This document shows, one piece after another, positions 1-9,480 of a stretch of DNA of 64,000 bases; the first letter of the stretch is position 1, and every line of letters begins with the position of its first letter. This DNA is from Syntrophales bacterium (GTDB taxonomy: Bacteria; Desulfobacterota; Syntrophia; Syntrophales; PHBD01), in assembly GCA_963668175.1 (NCBI GenBank), contig OY764159.1, forward strand, positions 608,001-672,000. Direction: 5' to 3'. The translations under genes and the position numbers were made by a program. Under the pieces are notes generated by a model. That model had not been told where the DNA came from, did not search any database, and saw nothing but the letters and a program-made list of their open reading frames with translations.

Positions 1-42
1 GTCCTTTACCATTTGCTGTTCTTCGGTTAATCCAAAATTCAT
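1..42 (-). CDS. acyl-CoA dehydrogenase, N-terminal 14 codons (runs off window start)
   Basis: Minus strand reads AAAGGGGGG (SD) then ATG AAT TTT GGA... = MNFGLTEEQQMVKD, a typical acyl-CoA dehydrogenase N-terminus; lies downstream of crotonase and thiolase on the same strand. Confidence 0.75.
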   Translation of the reverse strand, partial: MNFGLTEEQQMVKD

Positions 43-100
43 TTTGTACCCCCCTTTCGGTAGTTGTTATTCAGTGACCATCGCACAGCGACCGCCTTGA

Positions 101-150
101 GAGGTGTGAAGAGCAGTGAAGATAACTAAAGAGAACTGAAGAGAGCTGAT
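101..150. repeat. degenerate 10-bp tandem repeat, 5 copies
   Basis: GAGGTGTGAA GAGCAGTGAA GATAACTAAA GAGAACTGAA GAGAGCTGAT. Confidence 0.6.
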
Positions 151-183
151 CGCTGCAACTCCGATCGTTCTGTTCGCAGACGG

Positions 184-966
184 CTAGTAACCTTTATAGT
201 TGGGTTTTCTCTTCTCCAGGAAGGCGGTCATGCCTTCTTTTTGATCGTCGGTGCTGAAACACTGAGCGCAACATTCCGTTTCCAGACGATTACCGTTGTC
301 GAGCGCAAGATCGTACCCGTAGTTGATGGCATGTTTACCCATTTTCAGGGCAAAACCGGGGAGCGTGGCCATCTTCTGGGCGAATTTCATGGTTTCCGGC
401 AGCAACTGGTCTGCGGGATAAATACGGTTAACGAGGCCGACTTCGTAAGCCCTCTTGGCGTCGATCTGTTCGCCGCCCAGGATAATTTCTTTCGCTCTTC
501 CCATACCGATGAGCCGAGGCAATCTCTGGGTGCCTCCCCATCCGGGGATCAATCCGATCAGGATCTCCGGCTGGCCGAAACGGGCTTTTTCGGATGCGAA
601 GCGCATGTCGCAACTCATGGCGATTTCCGTGCCTCCACCCAGGGCAAAGCCGTTAACGGCGGCAATCGAGGGTTTGGACATGGTTTCGAGCGACCGCATC
701 GTTTCATGACCCAGTTCCATGAAGGCAAGAGCATCCTTGGGGCGCAAATGCTGCATTTCTGCAATATCCGCCCCTGCCACAAAGGCCTTGTCACCGCCTC
801 CGGTCAGGACCAGAACTTTGATGCTGTCGTCGCTCTTGCAGACCGCAACCGCCGCTGCGAGTTCCGTCATCGTCGCCGAATCCATGGCGTTCAAAGCCTT
901 GGGCCGGTTGAAGGTTAACAGTGCAACCCCTCCTTCTACCTGGAAGATGATATTCTTGTACTCCAT
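184..966 (-). CDS. crt: enoyl-CoA hydratase / crotonase
   Basis: 260 aa; AFVAGADI, NGFALGGGTE, FGQPEILIGLIPGWGGTQRL crotonase motifs with both catalytic Glu. Confidence 0.92.
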   Translation of the reverse strand: MEYKNIIFQVEGGVALLTFNRPKALNAMDSATMTELAAAVAVCKSDDSIKVLVLTGGGDKAFVAGADIAEMQHLRPKDALAFMELGHETMRSLETMSKPSIAAVNGFALGGGTEIAMSCDMRFASEKARFGQPEILIGLIPGWGGTQRLPRLIGMGRAKEIILGGEQIDAKRAYEVGLVNRIYPADQLLPETMKFAQKMATLPGFALKMGKHAINYGYDLALDNGNRLETECCAQCFSTDDQKEGMTAFLEKRKPNYKGY

Positions 967-1029
967 TGATTCCCTCCTCCTTTCGTTTGAGTATCCTGAT
1001 CTATTTATGAAGTGAGATATCGTATTCGA

Positions 1030-1061
1030 CTCCCCCCCGGCCGGGAAGACCGGGGAGGAGG
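1030..1061. other. GC-rich intergenic hairpin between thiolase and crotonase
   Basis: CTCCCCCCCGG...CCGGGGAGGAG imperfect inverted repeat; no clear U-tract. Confidence 0.4.
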
Positions 1062-1088
1062 AACTTACCGAAAACAGAAGGCGGACAT

Positions 1089-2378
1089 TTAAGCTTTCTC
1101 AAGGACCATGCTCATGCCCTGACCGCCGCCGATGCACAGGGAGGCCAGACCGAGCTTCACGCCCGTTTTCTTCATCTGCATGGCGAGACTGTAGGTAATC
1201 CTGGCGCCGGTGCAGCCGATCGGATGGCCGATGGAGATGCCGCTTCCGTTAAGGTTGCATTTTGCCAGATCGACACCCAGCTCTTTGATGCAGCCCAGGG
1301 CCTGGCAAGCGAAGGCTTCGTTCAGTTCGATGAGGCCGATGTCTTTCATGCCGATGCCCAGTTTGCTGAAGACCTTCCTGGTGGCCGGAATGGGGCCGAG
1401 GCCCATGTACGCCGGATCGACGCCGCCCGAAGCATAGCCTTTGATCTTGGCCAACGGAGTAAGTTTGAGCGCTTTGGCCTTTTCCGCGCTCATCACGACG
1501 ACGGCACAGGCGCCGTCGTTGATGCCGGAGGCGTTGCCCGCCGTGACGGACCCAGTCTTCTTGAAAACGGGCGCCAGTTTCGCCATCTTTTCCAGGGTGG
1601 TGTCCATGGGACGCTCGTCGACGTTGAAAATCTTGGGATCGCCCTTCTTCTGGGGGATGACCACCGGCACGATTTCGTCGGCGACGGCGCCGCTGGCGAT
1701 GGCGGCCCGGGCGCGGCGATGGCTCTCATAGGCAAGCTGGTCCTGCTCTTCTCTCGTGATGCCGTACTTCTCGGCAATGTTTTCCGCCGTGAAGCCCATA
1801 TGATAGGCGTTGAAGATTTCCCACAGACCGTCATGAACCATCAAGTCCGTGACTTGGCCGTAGGGCATATTCATCCGGTATCCCCAGCGGGCGTTCGGAA
1901 TCGCATAGGGGACATTGCTCATGTTCTCCATGCCGCCGGCAACGATGATATCGGCATCGCCCGCCACGATGGCCTGAGCGGCCAGGGCAATGGCCTTCAT
2001 TCCGGATGCGCATACTTTCTGGACCGTGAAAACATTCGTTTCCTCGGGAAGACCGGCATAAATGGACGCCTGGCGCGGTGGATTCTGGCCCACGCCGGCA
2101 TTCAGAACGTTGCCCATGATAACTTCGTCGAAGTAGACGGGCGTTAAGGAACTGTCATAATCATAATACTTCTTCTGGACATCCGTCATGTCGAATTTCC
2201 CGAATTTGTCGGGGCGGAAACCTTTGACTTCGTCGGAAATGGCCGGTCTCAGACCTGCTCTTTTGATGGCTTCTTTGATACAGAGACGGCCTATTTCCAC
2301 CACCGAAATCCCTTTTAAGGACCCGCCGAATTCGCCAACGGCAGTCCTCGCACCACTCACTATTACCGCTTCTCTCAT
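1089..2378 (-). CDS. acetyl-CoA C-acetyltransferase (thiolase)
   Basis: 429 aa; KVCASG, NEAF, GHPIGCTG, CIGGGQG catalytic motifs. Confidence 0.95.
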   Translation of the reverse strand: MREAVIVSGARTAVGEFGGSLKGISVVEIGRLCIKEAIKRAGLRPAISDEVKGFRPDKFGKFDMTDVQKKYYDYDSSLTPVYFDEVIMGNVLNAGVGQNPPRQASIYAGLPEETNVFTVQKVCASGMKAIALAAQAIVAGDADIIVAGGMENMSNVPYAIPNARWGYRMNMPYGQVTDLMVHDGLWEIFNAYHMGFTAENIAEKYGITREEQDQLAYESHRRARAAIASGAVADEIVPVVIPQKKGDPKIFNVDERPMDTTLEKMAKLAPVFKKTGSVTAGNASGINDGACAVVVMSAEKAKALKLTPLAKIKGYASGGVDPAYMGLGPIPATRKVFSKLGIGMKDIGLIELNEAFACQALGCIKELGVDLAKCNLNGSGISIGHPIGCTGARITYSLAMQMKKTGVKLGLASLCIGGGQGMSMVLEKA

Positions 2379-2474
2379 CTGTCTTTATCTCCTTTCAAGA
2401 AATTATATTATTGGCGTCGCCTCAGCCATGATTCAGCACATTCTGTGGATCAAAATAGAAAAGCGTCGGCAGAC

Positions 2475-3929
2475 CTAGTCGTCTAAAGCTTCGACAAACT
2501 CGATCTCTCGGGGAATCTTATATGAAGACAGATACGTCCGGCAGTGTTTCAACAATTCCCGGTCATCTGCATGTGCGTTTTGATGCTTCACGATCAGGGC
2601 CTTGACGATTTCGCCCCTCATCAGATCGGGTACGGAGACGATGCGGCAGGCCTTGACGGCAGGGTGCATTTCCAGAACCATTTCCACTTCTCTGGGGTAT
2701 ACGTTGAAACCGCTGGTGATGACCATGCGCTTCTTTCGCCCGGTCAGGAAGATGTAACCCTCTTCATCCATCCGTCCCAAATCGCTTGTATACAACCAAT
2801 GGTCCTTGATGACCTGGGCGGTGGCATCGGGATTTTTGTAGTACCCCTGCATGACATTGGGGCCGCGAACGATAAGTTCGCCGATCTCCCCACGGGGCAG
2901 TTCACGGCCCCGGTCGTCGACGATCCGTGCCTCGACGTCGGGGATCGGAATGCCGATCGACCCGTATTTCTGCGGCATGTCGAGACGCGTCAGGGCGCAA
3001 ATGGGCGAGGCTTCGGTGAGGCCGTAACCTTCCTGGAGCATCACATGGAACTTCTGTTCGAAGAGGGGGAAAATATCGACCTGCATGGCGGAGCCGCCCG
3101 TTATGCACATGCGGAGGGAGTCGGTCTTGAAATGGTCGGCTTTATCGTAGAAGATCATGCCGAGAAAAAGTCTCGGCACTGCGCAAATATACGTGACTTT
3201 TTCCTGTTCGATCGTTGAAAAAATCGTCTCCAGGGTGAAACGCTCCATGAGGACGACGCTGGCTCCCGTTTTCAGAATCGCGAGCAAATTGGCCGAGGCG
3301 CCGAAAGAATGGAAGTATGGGATAACGGCCAGGGCGCAGTCCGTTTCGTTGCCGTGGCCCACCGTGGCAAGAAGCGTAGCCTGATGGAGGAGATTGCCGT
3401 GGGTCAGAACAGCGCCGACGGGTTTGCCCGTGAGTCCCGAGGTATAGATCATCACAGCCGGATCCGGGCTGTCAACCGCCGCAGGCTCCAACTGATCCGA
3501 TTCTCCATGGACAATCTTCCAGAAAGGCGAGTCGGCCGAGCCGTCCGTGAGAATAAGATGCCGGCAAAGAGGAACCTTGTCCTCGATTTCATGGAATCTT
3601 TTTGCCGATGAAGCAACGGTGATGAAAACCTTGGAGTCGCTGTTTTCGATGAAGTGCAGGAGCTCGTATGCCGTGGACATGACATTGAGCGTTACGGCCA
3701 CGCAGCCGATTTTTTGCGCGGCCAGGTAGGCGATGACGAATTCGGGACAATTGGGAAGCATGAGGGAAATCTTGTCGCCCACCGCCAGTCCCAATCCCTT
3801 GAGATGATTTCCTAAGGCATTGACTTGGCGATGCAATTCCCCGTAAGTCGTTCGCTTGCCGTTGTGGACGAAGGCCACCCGTTTCTGGAAACGGCGGCAG
3901 CTGTCATCAAACATGATTCCCAGATTCAT
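2475..3929 (-). CDS. long-chain-fatty-acid--CoA ligase (AMP-forming)
   Basis: YTSGLTGKP P-loop, EGYGLTE, LYTSDLG, GRKKRMVITSGFNVYPREVE; ends shortly after KIPREIEFV, so it lacks the usual terminal LPK..GK motif. Confidence 0.88.
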   Translation of the reverse strand: MNLGIMFDDSCRRFQKRVAFVHNGKRTTYGELHRQVNALGNHLKGLGLAVGDKISLMLPNCPEFVIAYLAAQKIGCVAVTLNVMSTAYELLHFIENSDSKVFITVASSAKRFHEIEDKVPLCRHLILTDGSADSPFWKIVHGESDQLEPAAVDSPDPAVMIYTSGLTGKPVGAVLTHGNLLHQATLLATVGHGNETDCALAVIPYFHSFGASANLLAILKTGASVVLMERFTLETIFSTIEQEKVTYICAVPRLFLGMIFYDKADHFKTDSLRMCITGGSAMQVDIFPLFEQKFHVMLQEGYGLTEASPICALTRLDMPQKYGSIGIPIPDVEARIVDDRGRELPRGEIGELIVRGPNVMQGYYKNPDATAQVIKDHWLYTSDLGRMDEEGYIFLTGRKKRMVITSGFNVYPREVEMVLEMHPAVKACRIVSVPDLMRGEIVKALIVKHQNAHADDRELLKHCRTYLSSYKIPREIEFVEALDD

Positions 3930-3979
3930 CACGCCCAGAGACCCCCATAAACGGGTTCTTCTTATCCCATGAGCCTTAT

Positions 3980-4004
3980 TTTTTCAACTGAATAAATTGA
4001 AAAA
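3980..4004. promoter_or_regulatory. inverted repeat upstream of the beta-oxidation cluster (possible operator or terminator)
   Basis: TTTTTCAA-N9-TTGAAAAA. Confidence 0.3.
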
Positions 4005-4061
4005 GAGAAGGCCTTGCCCTGCTTGAATCAAATGGCGGCGATATATGCTAATACGCTGAAA

Positions 4062-4889
4062 TCAAAAAGACTTGCTTCGGATAAAGTCAACGGCATTCTT
4101 GAACACGGCCAACCCCATGCCTTCTTCGGGAAGCGTTTCCCGGGTCCAGCGGGGATGGTTGGTAAAGTGGAGGAACGCTTCGGGATGTGGCATAAGGCCG
4201 AAAATTCTCCCCGTGTGATTACAGATGCCGGCCACGCCTTCCGTGGATCCGTTCGGATTGTCGGGGTAAGCCATCGTTGCCTTCCGACAGTTGCGGTCGC
4301 TGTATCGTAGGGCGATCAGCCGTTCACGGGAGAGCCTGTCCATAATGGACTGATCCCTCGTCAGGAATTTGCCTTCTCCGTGCCGGACGGGGAGATAGAG
4401 GCCCCGGATACCCCGGGTGAACACACAAGGGGATTCGGGATCGACGGTCATGTAGATCCAGCGGTCCTCGAACCGTCCCGAATCATTGTAGGTCAGGGTG
4501 ACGGTTTGCGACATGTAGTCGTCGTCGAAACCAGGCAGCAGCCCTGTTTTCACCATCAATTGAAAGCCGTTGCATACGCCGAGGATCAATTTGCCGGCCC
4601 GGATGAAACGGGCGAACTGGTCGTAGAGTTTTTCAGCCTTGCCGGCGATCGCCGCATGCTGAATCCGGTTGGCCCCCGCTTTGGCGGAGCCGAGATCGTC
4701 ACCGTCCAGAAATCCTCCGGGGAGGTTAAGGAAGTGGTAATCGTCCAGGCTCTTTTCGCCGTAAAGCAGAGAGCTGATGTGAACGATATCGACGACATCG
4801 GCGCCTGCAAGTCTGCAGGCATGGGCCATTTCCATCTCGCAGTTGGTTCCGTTTCCCGTAATGACTATTGCTTTAACCTTCATCGGCAT
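4062..4889 (-). CDS. purQ: phosphoribosylformylglycinamidine synthase, glutaminase subunit
   Basis: GTNCE, PGGFLDGD, LGVCNGFQ, NPNGS, MPHPE motifs. Confidence 0.95.
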   Translation of the reverse strand: MPMKVKAIVITGNGTNCEMEMAHACRLAGADVVDIVHISSLLYGEKSLDDYHFLNLPGGFLDGDDLGSAKAGANRIQHAAIAGKAEKLYDQFARFIRAGKLILGVCNGFQLMVKTGLLPGFDDDYMSQTVTLTYNDSGRFEDRWIYMTVDPESPCVFTRGIRGLYLPVRHGEGKFLTRDQSIMDRLSRERLIALRYSDRNCRKATMAYPDNPNGSTEGVAGICNHTGRIFGLMPHPEAFLHFTNHPRWTRETLPEEGMGLAVFKNAVDFIRSKSF

Positions 4890-4903
4890 ATCGTGGTCTT
4901 CCT

Positions 4904-7882
4904 TCAGAAGTTGAGCGGCGCCTGCCAGGCGGCCTTTAACTGATCAATGTTTTCTTCAATGATTCTATTGCCTTGAAGCCCCTGAATCTTTAAAACGGGA
5001 TCGGCGATAACCGACCCGATGTGCCGGCAGTCGTGCTGCTTCATGATATCTTCGAAGCGCTGCCGGTCTTCCGGGGCGATCGTCACGACAAACCGGCTCT
5101 GACTTTCGGAAAACAGGAGATAGTCGTCCCGGTCGATGTCCCGGGCGGACACGCGGGACAGATCGATTTTCAGGCCCAAGCCGCCGGCGAAAGACGTTTC
5201 GGCCAGAGCGATCCCAAGCCCGCCGTCGGCACAGTCATGGCAGGAAGCGATCAGCCCGTCCTGCATGGCACGGCTCACGGCGCGATAGAGTTGCTTGGCG
5301 GCGGCGGCGTTGACCCTGGGGACGCGGTTGCCTACATAACCATGATGGGCAAACCATTCCGACCCCCCCAGTTCAGGCAGGGTTTCGCCCAGGACATAAA
5401 CCAAATGTCCTGCTTTTTTAACGTCCATGGTCACCGCCTTGCGGACGTCTTCCATTTTACCGATGGTCGAAAAGAGGAGCGTCGGAGGTATCGAAATCTT
5501 CGTCGAGCCTATCTGGTAGTCGTTCTTCATGCTGTCCTTGCCGGAAATGCAGGGTATACCGTACTCCCGGGTGTAGTCGTACAGGGCCATGTTCGCCCTC
5601 ACCAGTTGAGCCAGCTTGTATTCTCCGTCCGGCGTCTTCTCGGACTGGACGGGATCGCACCAGCAGAAATTGTCGAGGCCCGCAAGATGGTTGAGGGTGC
5701 CGCCCACGGCAATGGTATTCCTGATGGCTTCGTCGATGGCGCAGGCGGCCATGTGGTAAGTGTCTATATCGCTGTATCGGGGACAGATGCCGTTGGCGAC
5801 GACGACGCCTTCAAATGAGTCGAGAAGCGGGCGGATGACGGCCGCATCGCCGGGGCCGTCGTTGGCTTCGCCGACCATCGGTTTGACGACGCTGCCGCCC
5901 TGGACTTCATGGTCGTACCGCCTTACGACGGATTCCTTGCTGCAGACGTTCAAGCGGGAAAGCATGCCTTTCAATGCCGCGCCCATATCCTCCGGGACGG
6001 GGAAGTTCGGTTCTTCGTGGGAGGGTGCCGCCCATGTGGCCCTTAACGCCATCTGGGGGAGGCCTTCATGCAGAAAATCCATCTTGAGATAGGCCACGGT
6101 CGCTTCTCCGAAGCGGACATGGAACCATCCGGAATCTGTATATTGCCCGATGACAGTGGCTTCGACATCCATCTTGCGTGACAGGGCCAGGAATGCGTCT
6201 CTTTGATCCGGAGCGACGGCGAGGGTCATGCGCTCCTGGGATTCGGAAATCAGTATTTCCCAGGGAGAAAGGCCCGGATACTTCAAAGGGGCCGCTTTCA
6301 GGTCTATTTCACATCCCCCCGAAAGTCGCGCCGTTTCGCCGACGGAAGAAGAAAGGCCGCCGGCGCCGTTGTCCGTAATACACCTGTACAACCCTTGCTG
6401 CTGTGCGACCAGCAGAAAATCGGTCATCTTCTTCTGGGTGATGGGATCGCCGATCTGCACCGCTGTTACCGGAGATCCTTCGTGCAGCTCTTCGGACGAG
6501 AAAGTCGCGCCGTGGATGCCGTCTTTGCCGATCCGGCCTCCGCACATCACCACAAGGTCTCCCGGGATGATTTCCTTGACGTGGGTAGGTTCCCCGTGGA
6601 GCGTTGCCGGCATGATCCCGCCCGTACCGCAGTAAACCAGGGGTTTGCCCAGGAATCTTTCGTCGAAGACGATACAGCCGTTCACGGTGGGGATGCCGCT
6701 TTTGTTGCCGCCGTGTTCGACGCCTTCCCGGACCCCTTCGTAGATGCGCCGGGGGTGAAGAATCCTGGCCGGCAGCGGCCGATCGTAGAAAGGCGATGCA
6801 AAGCAGAAGACGTCCGTATTGAAGATCAGCTTCGCTCCCTTGCCCGTGCCGAAGGGGTCGCGGTTAACCCCGACGATCCCGGTCAGGGCGCCCCCATACG
6901 GATCCAGGGCCGACGGGGAATTATGGGTTTCCACCTTAAAGACGAGGTTGTGGGAATCGTTAAACTTGATGATGCCCGCGTTGTCGACGAAGACCGACAG
7001 GCACAAATCTCGATCACCCATCTTCTCCCGTATTTCCTTGGTGGAGCCTTTGATGTAGGTGCCGAACAGCGAATCGATGTGCTGCGTGCCGCCGTTGCCG
7101 TCGTCGTACGTGATCAGGCTGTTGAATATCTTATGTTTGCAATGTTCCGACCACGTCTGGGCCAGACATTCCAATTCGGCATCTGTGATCTTCCTGCCCA
7201 GTCCCACCCTCTTCCGTTCTTTCTGAATCGCGTCGTCCGCGAAATAATCGCGCAGAACCTGCATTTCCATAAGATTCAAGGCGAGAATACGTTCATTGCT
7301 GATCTGCACCAGCCTCTCGTCCGGCACGTTGAGATCGATCTCCTCGGTCTGCGTGGTGTCCGTTCCCGATACCCGCGGGACATAGGGTTTCATCCCCTGG
7401 GCGGGGTCCCAGGTGCGGCCGTCGATAATGACGAAGTGTTCGATGAGGTCGTTGGAGAGCAGATTGGTGGCTATGCGTTCCGCATCGCTTTTCGGAATCC
7501 GTCCAAAAATAAGGTATTGTCTGGACGTGTAAACGCCGATGGCGGAGTCCGGGGGCTTGCCCAGCAGAAGTCCGATGGCCTCCCGGGCCGTCTTACCGAC
7601 ATTGTCGGTCACACCGGGCTTAAAGCCCACTTCGATCATCCAGTCGAAGCCGGATGGCGGTCCCTGATCGATTTCGTAATGCTGGATAATCGGATCGGAC
7701 AGAGGACCGGCCGCGATTCTTTCCTGTTCGTCGCGGCTCAACGAGGCGTCAATGGTATAAATTTCGATTGTCTTGACTTCGGCGACGCTGATGCCCAAAT
7801 GATCTATGATCCGTCTTTTTATCTTCTCTCCCAGGGCATCTCTGATGCCCGATTTAAAACCGATTGCGATGCGATTTGCCAT
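4904..7882 (-). CDS. purL: phosphoribosylformylglycinamidine synthase PurL with N-terminal PurS-like domains
   Basis: 992 aa; QTWSEHCKHKIF, KVETHNSPS, DNGAGGL, SESQERM; two PurS-like segments at the N-terminus. Confidence 0.95.
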   Translation of the reverse strand: MANRIAIGFKSGIRDALGEKIKRRIIDHLGISVAEVKTIEIYTIDASLSRDEQERIAAGPLSDPIIQHYEIDQGPPSGFDWMIEVGFKPGVTDNVGKTAREAIGLLLGKPPDSAIGVYTSRQYLIFGRIPKSDAERIATNLLSNDLIEHFVIIDGRTWDPAQGMKPYVPRVSGTDTTQTEEIDLNVPDERLVQISNERILALNLMEMQVLRDYFADDAIQKERKRVGLGRKITDAELECLAQTWSEHCKHKIFNSLITYDDGNGGTQHIDSLFGTYIKGSTKEIREKMGDRDLCLSVFVDNAGIIKFNDSHNLVFKVETHNSPSALDPYGGALTGIVGVNRDPFGTGKGAKLIFNTDVFCFASPFYDRPLPARILHPRRIYEGVREGVEHGGNKSGIPTVNGCIVFDERFLGKPLVYCGTGGIMPATLHGEPTHVKEIIPGDLVVMCGGRIGKDGIHGATFSSEELHEGSPVTAVQIGDPITQKKMTDFLLVAQQQGLYRCITDNGAGGLSSSVGETARLSGGCEIDLKAAPLKYPGLSPWEILISESQERMTLAVAPDQRDAFLALSRKMDVEATVIGQYTDSGWFHVRFGEATVAYLKMDFLHEGLPQMALRATWAAPSHEEPNFPVPEDMGAALKGMLSRLNVCSKESVVRRYDHEVQGGSVVKPMVGEANDGPGDAAVIRPLLDSFEGVVVANGICPRYSDIDTYHMAACAIDEAIRNTIAVGGTLNHLAGLDNFCWCDPVQSEKTPDGEYKLAQLVRANMALYDYTREYGIPCISGKDSMKNDYQIGSTKISIPPTLLFSTIGKMEDVRKAVTMDVKKAGHLVYVLGETLPELGGSEWFAHHGYVGNRVPRVNAAAAKQLYRAVSRAMQDGLIASCHDCADGGLGIALAETSFAGGLGLKIDLSRVSARDIDRDDYLLFSESQSRFVVTIAPEDRQRFEDIMKQHDCRHIGSVIADPVLKIQGLQGNRIIEENIDQLKAAWQAPLNF

Positions 7883-8034
7883 ATGAATTCCAAGTAGCGT
7901 TTAAAGTTGGAACAACAATATTGTCTGCGGGATGTGCCGGACAAGACCGCCCGCCACCGACTGCGTTCTTATCAAAAGGCCGGACATAAAGCAACTTGAG
8001 AAAAGATGATACGGGGGATGGGGATTGATCCGTT

Positions 8035-8688
8035 CTATGCGCTAAAGCCATTTGCCACGTAAGGTTTAGCCACCAGATAGAGGAGCGGCATAGGTCCTTC
8101 CAACGATTGTTTTTTTAAGATGCGAAATCCGGATTTTTCCACAAGGTCGGCAAATTCCTGGATTGTGAATTTATGGTAGGCTCTGAATCCTGAAAACTCC
8201 ATGAGCTTCGAAATAATCCGGGCCTTGAAGGTTTCTCCGTGACAGAAAGTCGGGGCAATCAGCAACCCTTCCGTTTTCAGGACCCGTCTGATTTCTTTCA
8301 GGCATTGTTCCGGATCCTTCATGACATGGAGGGCGTTGGCCACGATGCAGACATCGAACTGCCTGTCGTCGAAAGGCGTGGCATACCCGCTCTGGATGCC
8401 GAACTCGATATTTTCGGCTCCGGCTTTAACGGCCTTTTCCCGGGCAATGTCGATCATCGGGGCGGATATGTCGATGGCCGTCACTTTCCTCACTTTGCGG
8501 CTGATTTCCAGGGCAATGATGCCGGTGCCGGTCGCAATCTCCAGAACATGATCGTCCTGTTTGAGCTCGTTCCAGATCAGCTCGATCAACAGGGAGTAAA
8601 TATCGGAAACTCTCCGCATGAACCGGTCGTAACTGGCGGCGAATCCGTCCCAGAATTTGCTTTCTTCGCTGGCGGTATGATGATCCAT
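8035..8688 (-). CDS. class I SAM-dependent methyltransferase
   Basis: VLEIATGTG motif I, PFDDRQFDV, EIRRVLKTEG. Confidence 0.85.
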   Translation of the reverse strand: MDHHTASEESKFWDGFAASYDRFMRRVSDIYSLLIELIWNELKQDDHVLEIATGTGIIALEISRKVRKVTAIDISAPMIDIAREKAVKAGAENIEFGIQSGYATPFDDRQFDVCIVANALHVMKDPEQCLKEIRRVLKTEGLLIAPTFCHGETFKARIISKLMEFSGFRAYHKFTIQEFADLVEKSGFRILKKQSLEGPMPLLYLVAKPYVANGFSA

Positions 8689-9111
8689 GAGTCGGTTATA
8701 ACTCCACGGGGACTCTTCCCGGCTATCTGCGACGTCAATACCGCGATAGGGAAAGAACGTTTAACTGCGAAGCTGGGTTGGTTTCGGCTATCATCCGGAC
8801 AAGGCCCCCTGTGCCGGTCAAGATGCAACCCGTTTGTTCGTCGCTGTGATCCTTATATGATTTACGCGATAATTGCAATGCCCAGCTTCCGGGCGAGACG
8901 GTACCGGCATTATGCGCCGTCCGGAACCGTTTGCCCCGAACCTTGCCGAGATGCAGCCGGAACATGGTCGTTGCATCCCGAATGTCACACAGCGAGACAG
9001 ACCTCCAAGCGGATGCATACGGTTCATGGGGACCGCTTTTTCTCGTTCAACGGGAGGAATATCTTTAGACGCAGCGTAAAATATGGTATGGGCTCGCCGA
9101 GGTATTCGATA

Positions 9112-9423
9112 ATGTCGACCCAGAGGGACACCGTCCATAAATTGCACCATCAGCTTAATCTCATTGAGGAACTCAAGGCCTACAATCCCTATGCGGATGC
9201 GTTCCGGCAATGGCACCTCGATACCGAGACACTGATCGCCCGGATATGGAGTGACGATAAACAGCTTCAGGCCGCCTTCCGGGAAATCATGTACACTCCC
9301 CTGTTTCTTTCCTGTCGGGGCGGCGATACGGTTTTCGACGAGGCATACCGTGAGGGCCTGCAAGCAGCCCAACGCCTGCTCGATTCGCTGATCCGCCGAC
9401 TGAGCGATCAGGCGGAGGCTTGA
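9112..9423 (+). CDS. hypothetical 103-aa helical protein
   Basis: ATG at 9112 preceded by GAGGT; it is the C-terminal part of the 8239..9423 ORF and has protein-like composition (MSTQRDTVHKL...SDQAEA). Confidence 0.65.
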   Translation: MSTQRDTVHKLHHQLNLIEELKAYNPYADAFRQWHLDTETLIARIWSDDKQLQAAFREIMYTPLFLSCRGGDTVFDEAYREGLQAAQRLLDSLIRRLSDQAEA

Positions 9424-9480
9424 CGTGATACGTGCGGGAAACGTGTATTTGCCGCGTCGGCATGATAAGTCATAACCGTC

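Noticed and set aside
101..150. CRISPR array
   Set aside because: Units are 10 nt, degenerate and have no spacers; no cas genes in the window
4904..7882. PurS-PurL fusion as a novelty
   Set aside because: Roughly 1000-aa PurL with fused PurS-like domains and a separate PurQ is an already known architecture
6203..7897. 564-aa plus-strand ORF, and similar long antisense ORFs such as 26446..27735, 35841..37034 and 56521..57735
   Set aside because: Shadows of well-supported genes on the opposite strand, expected from GC-rich codon bias; no recognisable motifs
8239..9111. N-terminal 290 codons of the 394-aa plus-strand ORF
   Set aside because: Antisense to the methyltransferase and running through intergenic DNA; only the part from ATG 9112 has an SD and protein-like composition
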